Source: an uncultured Acidobacteriota bacterium (GTDB lineage: Bacteria > Acidobacteriota > UBA6911). From it: a stretch of 64,000 bases of DNA. Each line of letters opens with the position of its first letter. Position 1 is the first letter of the stretch. Location: contig CAWHCF010000010.1 of the NCBI GenBank assembly GCA_963827655.1, positions 192,001-256,000 of the forward strand, written 5' to 3'. The notes beneath the pieces are model-generated. The model had not been told where the DNA came from. It saw only the letters and a list, made by a program, of their open reading frames with translations, and searched no databases. Of the stretch, positions 10,342 through 21,429 are shown in pieces. Both the position numbers and the translations under genes were made by a program.

Positions 10342-11965
10342 TTACGGCTTCATTATACTGGTGTAGTAAGTCGCGGGAGGAGAAGACGCGCCGGGATTCC
10401 TTCGCACGCGCAGAAATTTCACGACCGCGGTTTCGCCGCTTCTCAGACTCTTGATCAGATTGAAGAGGTCCTGGGCCGCGTTGATCGGCTTTCCATTAGC
10501 CGCGACGATAATGTCGGTTTCCCATCCCTGATCCGGGCTGGCGAATCCAGCCTCATCCGCGAGGCTTCCGGGTTTTACCTCCTCCACGACCGCCCCTCCG
10601 GAAATGTTGAGTTCCTGGGCAAGGCGAGCGGGAACCGTGTCGAACCGGAGCCCGATTTCTGGCTTTGGTTGTTCCTCTTTTTCCTCGAAGCTGAAGGTGC
10701 CCTTTTCGCGTTCCTGATCCTCTAGCTTTCGCTCGGCAACCGCCACTTCAAGCTCCTTCTCGACTCCATAGCGAACAACTTTCACTTTCGCCTTGCGACC
10801 CGGCGGGCGTGTTGGCTACGGCGAGCCGCAGGTCCTGAACTGAAAGTATTTTCTTTCCGTCAAATTCGACCACAACGTCCTCTGGTTTCATGCCGGCCTG
10901 CGCCGCAGGACCGCGGTCCACTACCTTTCCGCTATCATCGCTGAGTCCCGTGATCAGGACACCGGACTCTTGCTTGACGCCGAAGAACTGGGCCATCGCC
11001 GGGGTGAACGGGAGCGTGTTCATGTTGACGCCAATGTAACCGCGGGTAACCTTTCCCTTGTTGAGAATCTGATTGTAGGCGTTGACAAAGATGTGGGACG
11101 GAACGGCGAATCCTACCCCTGCGTTGGAGCGGGTCGTGGTCTGGATGAACGTATTGATTCCCACGACCTCTCCCTTCATGTTCACCAGCGGCCCGCCGCT
11201 ATTGCCCGGGTTAATGGCAGCATCGGTCTGCAGGTAATCGTTAAAGAGCATCGCCATCGACGCGGTCGAGGGATCGGGAAAAACCCGCCCGGTGGCCGAG
11301 ATAATGCCCGCAGTCACAGTCTGCTCCAGACCGAAAGGACTTCCGATCGCAAGCACCCAGTCGCCGACTTTAAGGGATTTGGCGTCTCCTATCTTGGCGT
11401 AGGAAAATTCCCTTGCCCCCTCGATCTTGATTACGGCGATATCCGAAAGCGAGTCGGCGGCAATAATCTGAGCCGTGTACTGCTGTCCCTCCTTGAGGCC
11501 GACCTTGATTTTCGTGGCGCCTTCGACAACGTGGCTGTTGGTAATGATGTAACCCTTAGGGTCCACGATGATGCCGGACCCAAGGCTCTGGCGGGTATAG
11601 TTGTCGGGAAGGTTTGGATTATTGAAGAACTTGCGGAAGAAATCCTCCATCGGGTCCTCGCGCTCCGGCGTTTCTCGGCGCTTCGTTTGCCTGCGGACGA
11701 CGGCTTCGGTGTTTATGTTGACCACCGCCGGTTCAACGAGGTTGGCCACTTCTTCGAAAGCCTGCGAGAGAGCCAGGGCGCCCGCTCCTACGAGCGGTTT
11801 GCCGTCGGTCTGTACCCGAAGCTGGCTGTCGCCCGGGGCGACGGCGCCGACACGGTAGGAGATGAGTGTGCCGATGCCGATTCCCAAGGTAAGAATAAAC
11901 AACACCATGAAAAACGAGATCAGTCGCTTTCCAGGTTTCAAGTCGTGGCTGTACCGGTTACGCAT
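10342..11965 (-). CDS. htrA: HtrA/DegP-family serine endoprotease with two PDZ domains, frameshift near 10806
   Basis: N-terminal TM segment, TNSHVV, D, QTDAAINPGNSGGPL. ORFs 10748..11965 and 10342..10785 join (ANTPPGRKAKVKVVR) on removing one C. Confidence 0.9.
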
Positions 11966-12079
11966 GCAAGATCCTCCGCTGCAAAGTTGCGCTTCAATTC
12001 TACGCGATAAAAGGCGCGGAGTTCCATCAATTTAGCTGCCGTGGGATCCTCTTGGCGTCTTCGGACCCGTGGTAAGAAG

Positions 12080-12940
12080 CTATTCGCGTCTCATCTCCGA
12101 GGTCAGAATCCCCGCCAGCACCAGGCTTCCGCCCAGCCACTCTTTCTTCGTGGGGGTCTGATCCAGTAATAGATAGGCGAACAGAACGGCGAAAATCGGT
12201 TCAAGACTGAAGATCAGCGCCGTGCGATTTGCGGTTGTCAATCGCTGAGCCCGGTTCTGTATGTAGAAACCGAGGGCTGTGGCCAGCACTCCGGTTATTA
12301 ACAAATAGATGGAGAAGAGCACATCCCAGACAAGAAAAGGAGTTTCCACGATAGGCGTCGCCACCGCCGCCACGCCCGCGCTCAGCGCTAGCTGAAGCAT
12401 AAACAACTGCCGGTAATCGCTGACGGGAGAGTACCGTCCGACGAAGAGGATGTGAAGGGCAAACGAAACGGCGCACATCAGCGTAAGGCCATCACCCGAG
12501 CTCAACTTCAGCTCGAGCCTATCGAGAGTCAGAAAGGCGAGCCCTATGGTAGCAATCAGGACACCGGCCAGCGTCTGAGGTCTTGGGCGATGCCGGAAAA
12601 GAAAGAAGCCCAGGATAGGAACCAGCAGCACGGAAAGACTGGTGATGAACGCAGACCTGGAAGGTGTGGTTCCTTGCAACCCCAGTGTCTGGAAGAAGAA
12701 TCCACCGAGAAGAAAGGCCGCCAGTGTCGAACCCCGCCGGAAGGTCTCGACGGAAATGTTCCGCAAGACCCCGGGCATGAAAGCGACCGTCACGCTGGTC
12801 GCAACCAAAAAGCGGAGCGTGATGAAAAGCATCGGCGAAACCTGAGCCAGGGTTTGCTTCACGATAGTGAAGGTGCTGCCCCATATGAGGGTAGCGAGAA
12901 TCAGGGCTAGATCTGCTTGTACGGGCCTTGGGATTCTCAT
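12080..12940 (-). CDS. DMT/EamA family transporter
   Basis: About 10 TM segments; IWGSTF, SAFITSLSVLLVP, ALIFSLEPIFA. Confidence 0.9.
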   Translation of the reverse strand: MRIPRPVQADLALILATLIWGSTFTIVKQTLAQVSPMLFITLRFLVATSVTVAFMPGVLRNISVETFRRGSTLAAFLLGGFFFQTLGLQGTTPSRSAFITSLSVLLVPILGFFLFRHRPRPQTLAGVLIATIGLAFLTLDRLELKLSSGDGLTLMCAVSFALHILFVGRYSPVSDYRQLFMLQLALSAGVAAVATPIVETPFLVWDVLFSIYLLITGVLATALGFYIQNRAQRLTTANRTALIFSLEPIFAVLFAYLLLDQTPTKKEWLGGSLVLAGILTSEMRRE

Positions 12941-13088
12941 GGCGACCGGGAATCTTAGCCCAACTTCGTTTGCGGAGTGCGTGAAAACAAAATCAACCAC
13001 CAGGACGCGAAGACGCAGACAAGGGATTTTTCTCTTGCTGTGCCGAAAAGGTGAAGACCGGCGCGGGGTGGTATACTCCATTCCAATA

Positions 13089-14456
13089 ATGCGCGAGCGA
13101 GTCTTTCAATATCTGGAGCAGGCGAAGAAGGCTGTTCCGTGTGACCAGATTCTTCGCGATGCGCTGAAGATCCGTTCGTTGAACGCCCTTGCTGCCGAGC
13201 GGGTTGTGGGTGGAATTCTTGCGCAGGATCCTCGATTTCAGCGGGATGCGAGAGGGTTCTGGCACATCGCCGCCCCGTTTCCTCAAGACGCGCCGACTGC
13301 CTTGTCCCACCGCGCCACTCTCTTTATTCAGTTTGCCGGCGGCCGGATCGACGATCTCTATGTTCGTGGAGCGATCCACATCTCAGAGAAAGACCGTGCC
13401 TGGGAGTTCGCTCTGGCAGGCGCGGCCACTCCGGGGATGCTGGGCGGAACTCGGGCAGAGGCCGATGGGCGAATTCTGGCAGCGTGGAATCCAGGAGATG
13501 TGAAGCGATGGAACTACTTGCTGCAGCGCTGCGCGCTCCCCGCCTGGAGTGGTGAAACGGTGTTTATCGAAGCCCTCGCCGGCAGGGTCCTCCGGCGCAC
13601 CCTGTCACCGGAAGATCTGTCGGGTCATCTGGGCGTCTCGCCGGCCGACGGGGATCGGCCTGCGGCCATGGCGCGATGTCTGGACGATTGCTTGACACAG
13701 CTGATCGAGCTTATCCCCCTCGATCATCGGCAGAACATCGCGCAGCTTCAGCAGTGGGTTGACGCCGGAACAGGGAGAATAGACTTCACCCGGTTTAGTT
13801 TTGGCCCCGACCTGCTAGCCCGAATTCCGGACTCCCCGGGTGTGTACGTCATGAAAAATCGGGCCGCTAGCGTCTTGTACGTCGGGAAAGCCCGCAACCT
13901 GAAGGGGCGTATGCGCGCCTATTTCACCCCTCGCGCGCTGAAGGACTCCAGAGTTGCGCGGATTCATCAGGGGCTCCACTCTCTGGAATTCTTTTCCACG
14001 CCCTCCGAAATTGAAGCTTTGCTCCTGGAGATGCGCTTGATACGAGAATTCCATCCGTCCATTAACATTCAAACCGAGGTTCACGAGCGCCCGCGCAGCT
14101 ACGGCAGGGAAGACAATCTTGTCGTCCTGGTACCCGAACCCGGCAGCGGGAAGGCCCAGGCCTATTTCCTATCCCAGGGCTCGTTTGTCGGCCAGCTCTC
14201 GATCAGGCTGGGCCGGGAGCCCGGAACAAGAGTGACAAAGAAGATCCAGTCGATCTACTTCGGATCTCGAGGAACAAAAAAGCTACGAAGAGAGGCCTGG
14301 GAACTCGAGCTGGTGTCCCGCTGGATTGCGGCAAACAGGAAGCGTCTCAACTGCGTGGACGTCGATGAAGCCGGCAGCTTCGACACGGTCGTTCGTCAAT
14401 TGAGCCAATACTTGAAAGATCCCGATCTGCTTTCGCGCAAGGTCTACTACCGGTAG
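13089..14456 (+). CDS. GIY-YIG (UvrC/Cho-like) nuclease-domain protein with long N-terminal extension
   Basis: PDSPGVYVMK ... VLYVGKARNLKGRMRAYF ... EIEALLLEMRLI ... PSINIQ; ATG at 13089. Confidence 0.8.
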   Translation: MRERVFQYLEQAKKAVPCDQILRDALKIRSLNALAAERVVGGILAQDPRFQRDARGFWHIAAPFPQDAPTALSHRATLFIQFAGGRIDDLYVRGAIHISEKDRAWEFALAGAATPGMLGGTRAEADGRILAAWNPGDVKRWNYLLQRCALPAWSGETVFIEALAGRVLRRTLSPEDLSGHLGVSPADGDRPAAMARCLDDCLTQLIELIPLDHRQNIAQLQQWVDAGTGRIDFTRFSFGPDLLARIPDSPGVYVMKNRAASVLYVGKARNLKGRMRAYFTPRALKDSRVARIHQGLHSLEFFSTPSEIEALLLEMRLIREFHPSINIQTEVHERPRSYGREDNLVVLVPEPGSGKAQAYFLSQGSFVGQLSIRLGREPGTRVTKKIQSIYFGSRGTKKLRREAWELELVSRWIAANRKRLNCVDVDEAGSFDTVVRQLSQYLKDPDLLSRKVYYR

Positions 14457-14459
14457 ACG

Positions 14460-14527
14460 CTTAGTGTTCCTTCGTGTCTTTGCGTCCTAGAGGTGTTGTT
14501 TCGGCTCTAACCACGAAGACACGAAGA
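14460..14527. repeat. Family B palindromic repeat between convergent genes
   Basis: CTTCGTGTCTTTGCGTCC ... CTAACCACGAAGACACGAAGA. Confidence 0.8.
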
Positions 14528-15238
14528 TTAGGACGTTCGAGTGACTTCGAGCGAAAGGCTGGGGATTGCAATCTTGCGCAGGATCCGCTGTTTATCCACC
14601 CAAAGGTGAATGGACACCGAGCCGGAGTCGAGCAGGAGGTGATGACACTCCGTTTTCTTGCTGCCCACCACTAGCGTTTCCTTCTCCAGTTCACTCGCCT
14701 TGAGAACTCCGGTGTCGGCCGCTTGGGGAATCACGACCTCGAAGCGCTGAACGGCCTCCTGGTTGTCAAATTTGAAAAGCCTGACCAGGAAGACGAAATG
14801 GTGAAAGATATTGGTGTCGAGAATTGTATAGTCCGTTCCGACCAGCAGTCCGGTTTTCTTGGGCTTCCCTTCATGGCCATACTCGAGTATCACCTGTTTC
14901 GGGGGAAAGGTTCCGACGATCGCCCCTTTTTTTCCGTCCACGTCGCTCCGGAGACTGTAGCCCCGTGGACGAAAGTGACCGTCCATCTCGAGCTTGGATT
15001 CGAGGCGCACCCTTTGCCGTGTGTTGGCCGGATTGCGGAAATCGAGCAGGCAGGAGGAGCTGGCCGAGTCACCAGCTATAGCAACCGAGTACTTCTCGGT
15101 GCCGATTTTCTCTCCCTGGACCGAAATCTGGAAAGTTCCCTCTTCGGTTGGAGCGCTCTTTTCATCAAGACCTGCGCCGGGTCCCGCAGACAACCAGATT
15201 CCAATCAGGAGAGATGCTAACAACCGTACGTTCCGCAT
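14528..15238 (-). CDS. Secreted beta-rich hypothetical protein
   Basis: Signal peptide, KIGTEKYS, C-terminal LWVDKQRILRKI; function unknown. Confidence 0.7.
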   Translation of the reverse strand: MRNVRLLASLLIGIWLSAGPGAGLDEKSAPTEEGTFQISVQGEKIGTEKYSVAIAGDSASSSCLLDFRNPANTRQRVRLESKLEMDGHFRPRGYSLRSDVDGKKGAIVGTFPPKQVILEYGHEGKPKKTGLLVGTDYTILDTNIFHHFVFLVRLFKFDNQEAVQRFEVVIPQAADTGVLKASELEKETLVVGSKKTECHHLLLDSGSVSIHLWVDKQRILRKIAIPSLSLEVTRTS

Positions 15239-15410
15239 CTGACTCGAGCTCCGCCAGGCTATCAGAATAGTACAACCCTACCGGGAATCGGAACAGTTAT
15301 GTCGGTGCAAAGGTCTGCGTCTTCGCGTCCGGGCGGCTTGCCGCGGCCCGGTCAGCAGCGACAGCCAGGACCGAAGGACGTGGAACACGGAGCCGGCGGT
15401 GCGGCGTTGC

Positions 15411-15440
15411 TTGAAATCTCGCGCAGCTCGCCTATATAAT
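15411..15440 (+). promoter_or_regulatory. Putative sigma70 promoter of fbaB-glpX
   Basis: TTGAAA-N18-TATAAT about 100 nt upstream of the ATG. Confidence 0.65.
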
Positions 15441-15538
15441 GGCTTCAGTTTTGAAGTCCCAACCGGGAAATCAGCGATTTGTTGGAGTATCCAAGTCTTG
15501 AGGCGCTGATTTCGATTGGCATTCCGGGAGTATTTCCT

Positions 15539-16636
15539 ATGTCTGCTTCAATTGCGGTGGATTCCACGAATACGATTTCGACGATTGAGAGATTGCTCGG
15601 GGACAACGCGAGACACTTGCTGGAGCACGAGTGCAAGACTATTTCAAAAGAGCAGCTCCAGGTACCAGGCCCGGACTTCATCGAGCGTGTTTGCCTGGTG
15701 AACGACCGGCCCGCGCCCGTGCTGCGAAATCTGCAGGCCCTTTTCGACCATGGAAGGTTGAGAGGCACGGGCTATCTATCGATACTTCCGGTTGATCAGG
15801 GAATCGAGCACTCAGCCGGAGCGTCGTTCGCGCCCAACCCGGTCTATTTCGACGGCGAAAACCTCGTCAAGCTGGCGATCGAGGGTGGCTGCAACGCCGT
15901 CGCGTCAACCCTCGGAGTGCTGGGCTCGGTTTGCCGGAAGTATGCTTACAGGATTCCGTTTATCCTCAAAATCAACCATAACGAATTCATCTCCTACCCC
16001 AACTCGTACGACCAGATCATGTTCGCCAACGTAAAGCAGGCGTTCGATATGGGCGCGGTAGCGGTCGGCGCCACGGTTTACTTTGGATCGGAAGAGTCGA
16101 AGCGGCAAATCCAGGAGATCACCGCAGCGTTTCATAGCGCCCACCAGTTGGGTATGGTCACAATCCTGTGGTGCTACCTCCGCAATGCGGCCTTCAACAA
16201 GACCAAGGAAGGGGGGCCCGACTACCACGTGTCGGCGGACCTGACCGGACAGGCAAACCACTTGGGTGCAACCCTCGAAGCCGATATCATCAAACAAAAG
16301 CTTCCGGAGAATAACCACGGTTACGAAGCCTTGAAATTCGGAAAGACGCACAAGAAGGTCTATTCTGATCTCACCAGCGACCATCCCATCGATATGACTC
16401 GTTATCAAGTGGTTAATTGCTATATGGGTCGCGCGGGTCTGATCAATTCCGGCGGCGCCAGCTCGGGAGAAAGTGATCTCACCGAAGCGGTCAAGACAGC
16501 TGTGATCAACAAGCGCGCGGGGGGCATGGGTTTGATTTCAGGGCGCAAGGCGTTCCAGCGCTCGATGAAAGAGGGCATCGCTATTCTTAACGCGATTCAG
16601 GATGTGTACCTGAGCAAAGACGTCACAATCGCATAG
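15539..16636 (+). CDS. fbaB: Class I fructose-bisphosphate aldolase (FbaB/DhnA)
   Basis: [58 protein letters not shown]. Confidence 0.96.
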   Translation: MSASIAVDSTNTISTIERLLGDNARHLLEHECKTISKEQLQVPGPDFIERVCLVNDRPAPVLRNLQALFDHGRLRGTGYLSILPVDQGIEHSAGASFAPNPVYFDGENLVKLAIEGGCNAVASTLGVLGSVCRKYAYRIPFILKINHNEFISYPNSYDQIMFANVKQAFDMGAVAVGATVYFGSEESKRQIQEITAAFHSAHQLGMVTILWCYLRNAAFNKTKEGGPDYHVSADLTGQANHLGATLEADIIKQKLPENNHGYEALKFGKTHKKVYSDLTSDHPIDMTRYQVVNCYMGRAGLINSGGASSGESDLTEAVKTAVINKRAGGMGLISGRKAFQRSMKEGIAILNAIQDVYLSKDVTIA

Positions 16637-16774
16637 CCGGTCTCAAGGGCCGAGCTTGATTCTTCCAATCCAGGAACCCAATCGCGTCACCGCGAACTGA
16701 GATTTTTCAGCGTCTTCGTCCTTTTGTGGTGATTGCGTTAGCTTATCCGATCCGAATCTGAAGGGGGAAAAGGC

Positions 16775-17752
16775 ATGGAGCATGACCTGGGCTCGCAGTT
16801 CGTCTCCGTTGTCGAAAAAGCTGCCGTAGCCTGCGCCCATACCATGGGTACCGGGGATCGCCGCCACTCAGATCATGTCGCTACCGAAGCCATGAGGGGC
16901 GCCATGCAGACGATTGCGATGGACGGAACGATCGTCATTGGCGAGGGCGAGCGGGACGAGGCGCCGATGTTGTTTATCGGGGAGAAGGTCGGGAATAACT
17001 CGGGAAACAAGGAAATACCAGTCATCGACATTGCGGTGGACCCGCTCGAAGGAACGAATCTCTGCGCCACGGGCACAAACAACGCGATCACGGTTCTGGC
17101 TGCATCCGAGAAAGGGGGACTCCTCCATGCGCCCGATTGTTACATGCAGAAGATTATCGTGGGACCCTCGAGTCGCGGCGCAATCGATATTGATGCGCCG
17201 GCCAAAGATAACCTGAAAGCGATCGCCAAGCGCCTGGATCGGAGCGTCGACGATCTGGTGGTAATCGTGCTCGATCGACCGCGCCATGAAGAACTCATCC
17301 GAGAGATTCGCCAGGCCGGAGCGCGCATCCGTTTGATTGGCGACGGCGACCTTTCGGCAGGAATCTCGGCGGCGGTTCTGGGCACGGGCGTTCACGCAGT
17401 CATGGGGGTGGGAGGCGCGCCCGAGGGTGTCCTTGCGGCTGCGGCGCTCCGCTGTCTGAACGGAGAGATCCAGGCTCGCCTTGTGGTTGCAAAGCCGGAC
17501 CAGGAAAAGCGGCTTCGCGATATGGGCATTGACGATTTGAAGAGGGTCTACGCGACGGAAGATCTTGCTCCGGGCAGGAAAATGATTTTTGCGGCGTGCG
17601 GCGTGACCGATGGGACCTTGCTCAAAGGAGTGCGTTTCTTTGGCGGCGGCGCCCGCACCCACACTCTGATCATGACGCTCGCGTCCAGAAAGATCAGTTT
17701 TATCGATACCGTTCACCTGGAGCGACGGCCCGACTTGAAAGTCCGCTTTTAA
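16775..17752 (+). CDS. glpX: Class II fructose-1,6-bisphosphatase
   Basis: [42 protein letters not shown]. Confidence 0.96.
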   Translation: MEHDLGSQFVSVVEKAAVACAHTMGTGDRRHSDHVATEAMRGAMQTIAMDGTIVIGEGERDEAPMLFIGEKVGNNSGNKEIPVIDIAVDPLEGTNLCATGTNNAITVLAASEKGGLLHAPDCYMQKIIVGPSSRGAIDIDAPAKDNLKAIAKRLDRSVDDLVVIVLDRPRHEELIREIRQAGARIRLIGDGDLSAGISAAVLGTGVHAVMGVGGAPEGVLAAAALRCLNGEIQARLVVAKPDQEKRLRDMGIDDLKRVYATEDLAPGRKMIFAACGVTDGTLLKGVRFFGGGARTHTLIMTLASRKISFIDTVHLERRPDLKVRF

Positions 17753-17764
17753 CCGCAAGCACCA

Positions 17765-19270
17765 CTAAGACAGCACCGAAGGTGGATTTCTCCGCCCGTC
17801 CACCACCGGACGCCCGGGAAAGGTCTTGACGTCTCGTTCTTTGAATGCACGCTTCCAGGTCGCAAAACTACCGCCGCTACGCCAGGCGTCCATGGCCGCC
17901 AACCCGGCGTCTTCTCCCCCCTGGGATAGCATATGCTCGACCCATGCCCAGCGCGCTGAAGTCGGCCGGATTTCCACCTTTCCCCTGACTCCGCGTCTCA
18001 GCCGCGACAGCTTTGCCTCGATTGATGCGATAGACTCGAAAGGAACGCCGTCCAAGGGCGTATTTCGCTTGGCGACAAACGGTGACACTCCAAGGGACAC
18101 GGGGACGATTTGCGCGAGTTCCAATGAGAACCGGATCAGCTCGTCGATATCCGCCGACGTCTCTCCCGGAAGCCCGACCATTTCATAAAGCTTAAGCCGC
18201 TTGAGCTTGAACTTTCGTGCCAGCTCCGCAGCGCGAACCAGGTGTTCTTCCGCGGTCCTTCGAGACACGAAATTCCGCAGACGCTGCGAAGCCCCATCGG
18301 AGGCGGTAGTGAGAGTTTGATAACCCCCTTTGGCAAGCAATCCGACGAACTCTTCGTCCAGGCGGTCTGCCCGCAGGCTCGAGATGCCGACTTCACGCGC
18401 GCTGGCCACGAGGCTTGCCACGATTTCTTTGATCTTCGGATGATCGGTGACCGCAGCCCCCACCAGACCGACACGACGGGCATGCTCAGGAACGAACGAA
18501 AGAACATCCTCGGGCCGAACCAGTCTCATGCCCCCGTTGGTTGTGCGTCGCATAACGCAATACGTGCACCCGCGAGAGCACCCGCGTTCGGGCTCGATCA
18601 GAAACATTGATGACAGGACAGTGTTCCGAGTGACGATCTGGGAGCGAGCCGGCAGGCGTATCGCGGACGCCATGGCGATCTCCCCCAAAGCCGGCGTGCG
18701 TCCCGGCACGTAACATCCGCGCGTCCGGGCGAAGCGGGAAAGCAGCGCTTCACGATCCAGGGTCGCCGCCGCATCGAGGAAGACATGGATCAGCTCTTCC
18801 GCTTCTCCCATGATGATGAGATCGGCGAACGGAGCCAGGGGCATGGGATTCGAGTTCGTGAGCGGCCCACCGACGACCACCAGGGGATGTTGAATCCCCC
18901 GCTCGTTTCGCAGCACCGGGATTCCGCTCAAGTCCAGCATCTCCAAAACTCCAGGTATCTCCAATTCGTACGAGACTGAGAACGCCAGGATGGGGAACTC
19001 GCCAAGAGGCGTCTCACTTTCATACGTGAACACCGGAGTCCTCGAGCCGCGATAGTCATCGCCGGCATCTGGAAGAAAGGCTCGTTCGGCTGTGACATCG
19101 GGATGAAGATGTATTTCGCGATAAATGGTCTGAAAGCCCAGGGAGCTCATCCCGACCGAATAAGGACTGGGATAGCAAAGAGCGATCCGCAGGGATGCTT
19201 GCCGGCGCAGCGTGCCGTGCTCGTCAGAGACCAGCCGCCGGATTTTTTCCAGGTGTTTCCAGGTACTCAT
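17765..19270 (-). CDS. Radical SAM protein with N-terminal B12-binding-like domain
   Basis: YPSPYSVGMSSLGFQ, RGCSRGCTYC (CxxxCxxC), SSLRAD, KLYEMVGLPGET. Confidence 0.88.
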   Translation of the reverse strand: MSTWKHLEKIRRLVSDEHGTLRRQASLRIALCYPSPYSVGMSSLGFQTIYREIHLHPDVTAERAFLPDAGDDYRGSRTPVFTYESETPLGEFPILAFSVSYELEIPGVLEMLDLSGIPVLRNERGIQHPLVVVGGPLTNSNPMPLAPFADLIIMGEAEELIHVFLDAAATLDREALLSRFARTRGCYVPGRTPALGEIAMASAIRLPARSQIVTRNTVLSSMFLIEPERGCSRGCTYCVMRRTTNGGMRLVRPEDVLSFVPEHARRVGLVGAAVTDHPKIKEIVASLVASAREVGISSLRADRLDEEFVGLLAKGGYQTLTTASDGASQRLRNFVSRRTAEEHLVRAAELARKFKLKRLKLYEMVGLPGETSADIDELIRFSLELAQIVPVSLGVSPFVAKRNTPLDGVPFESIASIEAKLSRLRRGVRGKVEIRPTSARWAWVEHMLSQGGEDAGLAAMDAWRSGGSFATWKRAFKERDVKTFPGRPVVDGRRNPPSVLS

Positions 19271-19294
19271 CGGTTGATTAATGCCCCTACCGGC

Positions 19295-19942
19295 TCAAAC
19301 GCCACGCGGGATCGAAGGCCAGATGATCTTGTGCAGTTGAAGTTGCAGGCGGACCGACAGCGCCGAATCCAATACCCAGCGGGCCAGCTGCTCGTAGGGA
19401 AGCTCTCCGTAGACCGGCGAGAATAGGACCGTTCCAACTCCAGAGGTCAAGTTGTAGGCTCGGATTTTTTCGCAGGCCCAGTCGAAATCCGCTCGCGTGC
19501 CTACAACGAATTTTACTTCGTCATTATGCGTCAAATACTCGATATTGCCGTAGTCATTGTGTTCCAACATGCCGCTCGAGGGGCACTTCAGATCCATGAT
19601 CTTGTGGACGCGTGGGTCAACATCTTTTAGCGAGACGTGACCACCCGTCTCCAGCGCGACGGTGTAGCCTCGATCCAGCAGCCCTCCGAAGAGTGCGTGA
19701 ACACCCTTTTGCAGCATGGGCTCACCACCCGTGACCAGCGCAAGCCTCGTAGGATAGGGTTCGATCGCGTGAAGAATCTGGTCGACTGACATCTCCCTGC
19801 CTTCGAAGAAGGCATACTCGGTGTCGCAGTAGGTACAGCGCAGGTCGCAAGCCGTGAGACGGATGAACGCGCAGGGCCAGCCCATGAAGCTGGACTCGCC
19901 CTGAATGCTGTAAAAGATCTCGTTAACTTTCATCGCCGACAT
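19295..19942 (-). CDS. queE: 7-carboxy-7-deazaguanine synthase (radical SAM)
   Basis: EIFYSIQGES, CDLRCTYCDT, VTGGEP, LETGG, QLQLHK. Confidence 0.9.
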   Translation of the reverse strand: MSAMKVNEIFYSIQGESSFMGWPCAFIRLTACDLRCTYCDTEYAFFEGREMSVDQILHAIEPYPTRLALVTGGEPMLQKGVHALFGGLLDRGYTVALETGGHVSLKDVDPRVHKIMDLKCPSSGMLEHNDYGNIEYLTHNDEVKFVVGTRADFDWACEKIRAYNLTSGVGTVLFSPVYGELPYEQLARWVLDSALSVRLQLQLHKIIWPSIPRGV

Positions 19943-19999
19943 AGCCTGGCTGCTGCGAAACCACTCATTTTAGCAACCACCATGGGCAGGAGACAAAAG

Positions 20000-20082
20000 T
20001 TCTTAGCGTTTCTTCGAGTCTGGTGTCTTGGAGGTGGGTTTTTGCTCTGCGGCACTAACCACGAAGACGCGAAGACACCAGG
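20000..20082. repeat. Family B palindromic repeat (reverse orientation)
   Basis: TTCTTAGCGTTTCTTCGAGTC ... CACTAACCACGAAGACGCGAAGACACCAGG. Confidence 0.8.
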
Positions 20083-20083
20083 C

Positions 20084-21325
20084 CTAGTATACCGAGCGTT
20101 TATGAACCTTGTCTTTGGTGGCCAGCGTGAAACGCGGGTCCACCTCCCCGCCATCCAGTTTAGTCGAGACGTATTCTCCCAGCGCGGGTCCGTGTTTGAA
20201 GCCGTGACCCGAGCCGCCTCCAACCAGCCAGACATTCTCCAGTCCGGGGTGACGATCGATAAGAAAATCGCCGTTGGACGTGTTTTCGTACTGGCAAACT
20301 CGTGCCTCGACCAGGGGGGCGTTGCGCAGCCCTGGGAAACGCCTGGCCAGAATCTTGCGCATCGCCTCAACGCTCTCGCTTCCCACCAGCCGATTCCCCG
20401 AGTCGGCGTCGAAGTGAGGACCGTGCCGATCGAGCGCGATCTTGAAACCGCGGTTTTCGAGATCCGGCACTCCGTACACTTCCTCACCGAAGTCGATCCA
20501 AACTGGCAGGGCGGGGGACGTAAAACGAGCGTCTCCAGCGGGTGGGCCAAAAAAGAGGATTTCCTGGCGCGTCGGGTAGACTCGGTTTTGGAGCAGCTCG
20601 GGAAAAATCTTTGGCAGCCATGGGCCACAGGCGAATACAAAGGTTTCCGCGTGAATGTTATTTCCGCTCCGGGTCTTGAGCGCGGCCAACCGGCCTTTGG
20701 CGCGAGGCGTCTCGACTGCCTCCTTGAAGTAGGCAGTTCCAATCGCGACGGCCTGCTCGACGACCGCCAGAACGCACCGTCGCGCCATGAGCGCTCCACT
20801 GTCGGGCTCGAGCAGACCCCACGTCACCGACCCGAAAGCAATCTGAGGGTATCGCTTCTCAAGCTGCGGGCGCGTCATCTTCTCGAAGGGAACGCCCAGT
20901 TTCTCGAGCGTCGCCATTGTCTTGTTTGCGTACTCGTCGCCGTCGCGCGCCATCCACAGCACTCCGGTGGGGTGAAAGAGCTTTTGGTGGATTTGATCGA
21001 AGAAAGACTTCCACATCTCAAGCGACCGGATCGACCAGCGGGTGTAAATCTCGTCGGCTCCGTAGCCCATCCGGATGATGCGGGATTCACCCCCGGAACT
21101 GGCCCGGCTGTTGCCCGGTCCATAGGCATCGAGCACAACGACTCTTCTTCCGGCCTGTTGCAGGCGATAGGCAATCCAGGCGCCAAAGACACCGGCTCCG
21201 ATGACGGCTACATCGTAGGTTTTTTCCGTTTTCAATGCTGCTGCTCCCGCGTGTGGCCTCCGAATCCCAAAATGAGAGGCCACGCAAGTCAGAGATCGTA
21301 CAAAGTCACGTCGGTTGATGGGCAT
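20084..21325 (-). CDS. FAD-dependent oxidoreductase, monomeric sarcosine oxidase/SolA-like, with Tat signal
   Basis: NRRDFV, VIGAGVFG, SSGGESRIIR, CQYENT, GSGHGFKHGP. Confidence 0.88.
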   Translation of the reverse strand: MPINRRDFVRSLTCVASHFGIRRPHAGAAALKTEKTYDVAVIGAGVFGAWIAYRLQQAGRRVVVLDAYGPGNSRASSGGESRIIRMGYGADEIYTRWSIRSLEMWKSFFDQIHQKLFHPTGVLWMARDGDEYANKTMATLEKLGVPFEKMTRPQLEKRYPQIAFGSVTWGLLEPDSGALMARRCVLAVVEQAVAIGTAYFKEAVETPRAKGRLAALKTRSGNNIHAETFVFACGPWLPKIFPELLQNRVYPTRQEILFFGPPAGDARFTSPALPVWIDFGEEVYGVPDLENRGFKIALDRHGPHFDADSGNRLVGSESVEAMRKILARRFPGLRNAPLVEARVCQYENTSNGDFLIDRHPGLENVWLVGGGSGHGFKHGPALGEYVSTKLDGGEVDPRFTLATKDKVHKRSVY

Positions 21326-21429
21326 ACCGTAGGGGCCGGTATATCCAAGCCCTCCGCGAAAGTCAAGGCGCCCTCACTTCCGGCGCCCTGGGGCATTGTT
21401 TCGAAAGAGCCGAAGCCTTCCGTTCGCTG

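Noticed and set aside
19295-19942. 7-deazaguanine DNA-modification (dpd) defence island around queE
   Set aside because: No dpdA/tgt-like, queC, queD or folE neighbours; the context is housekeeping.
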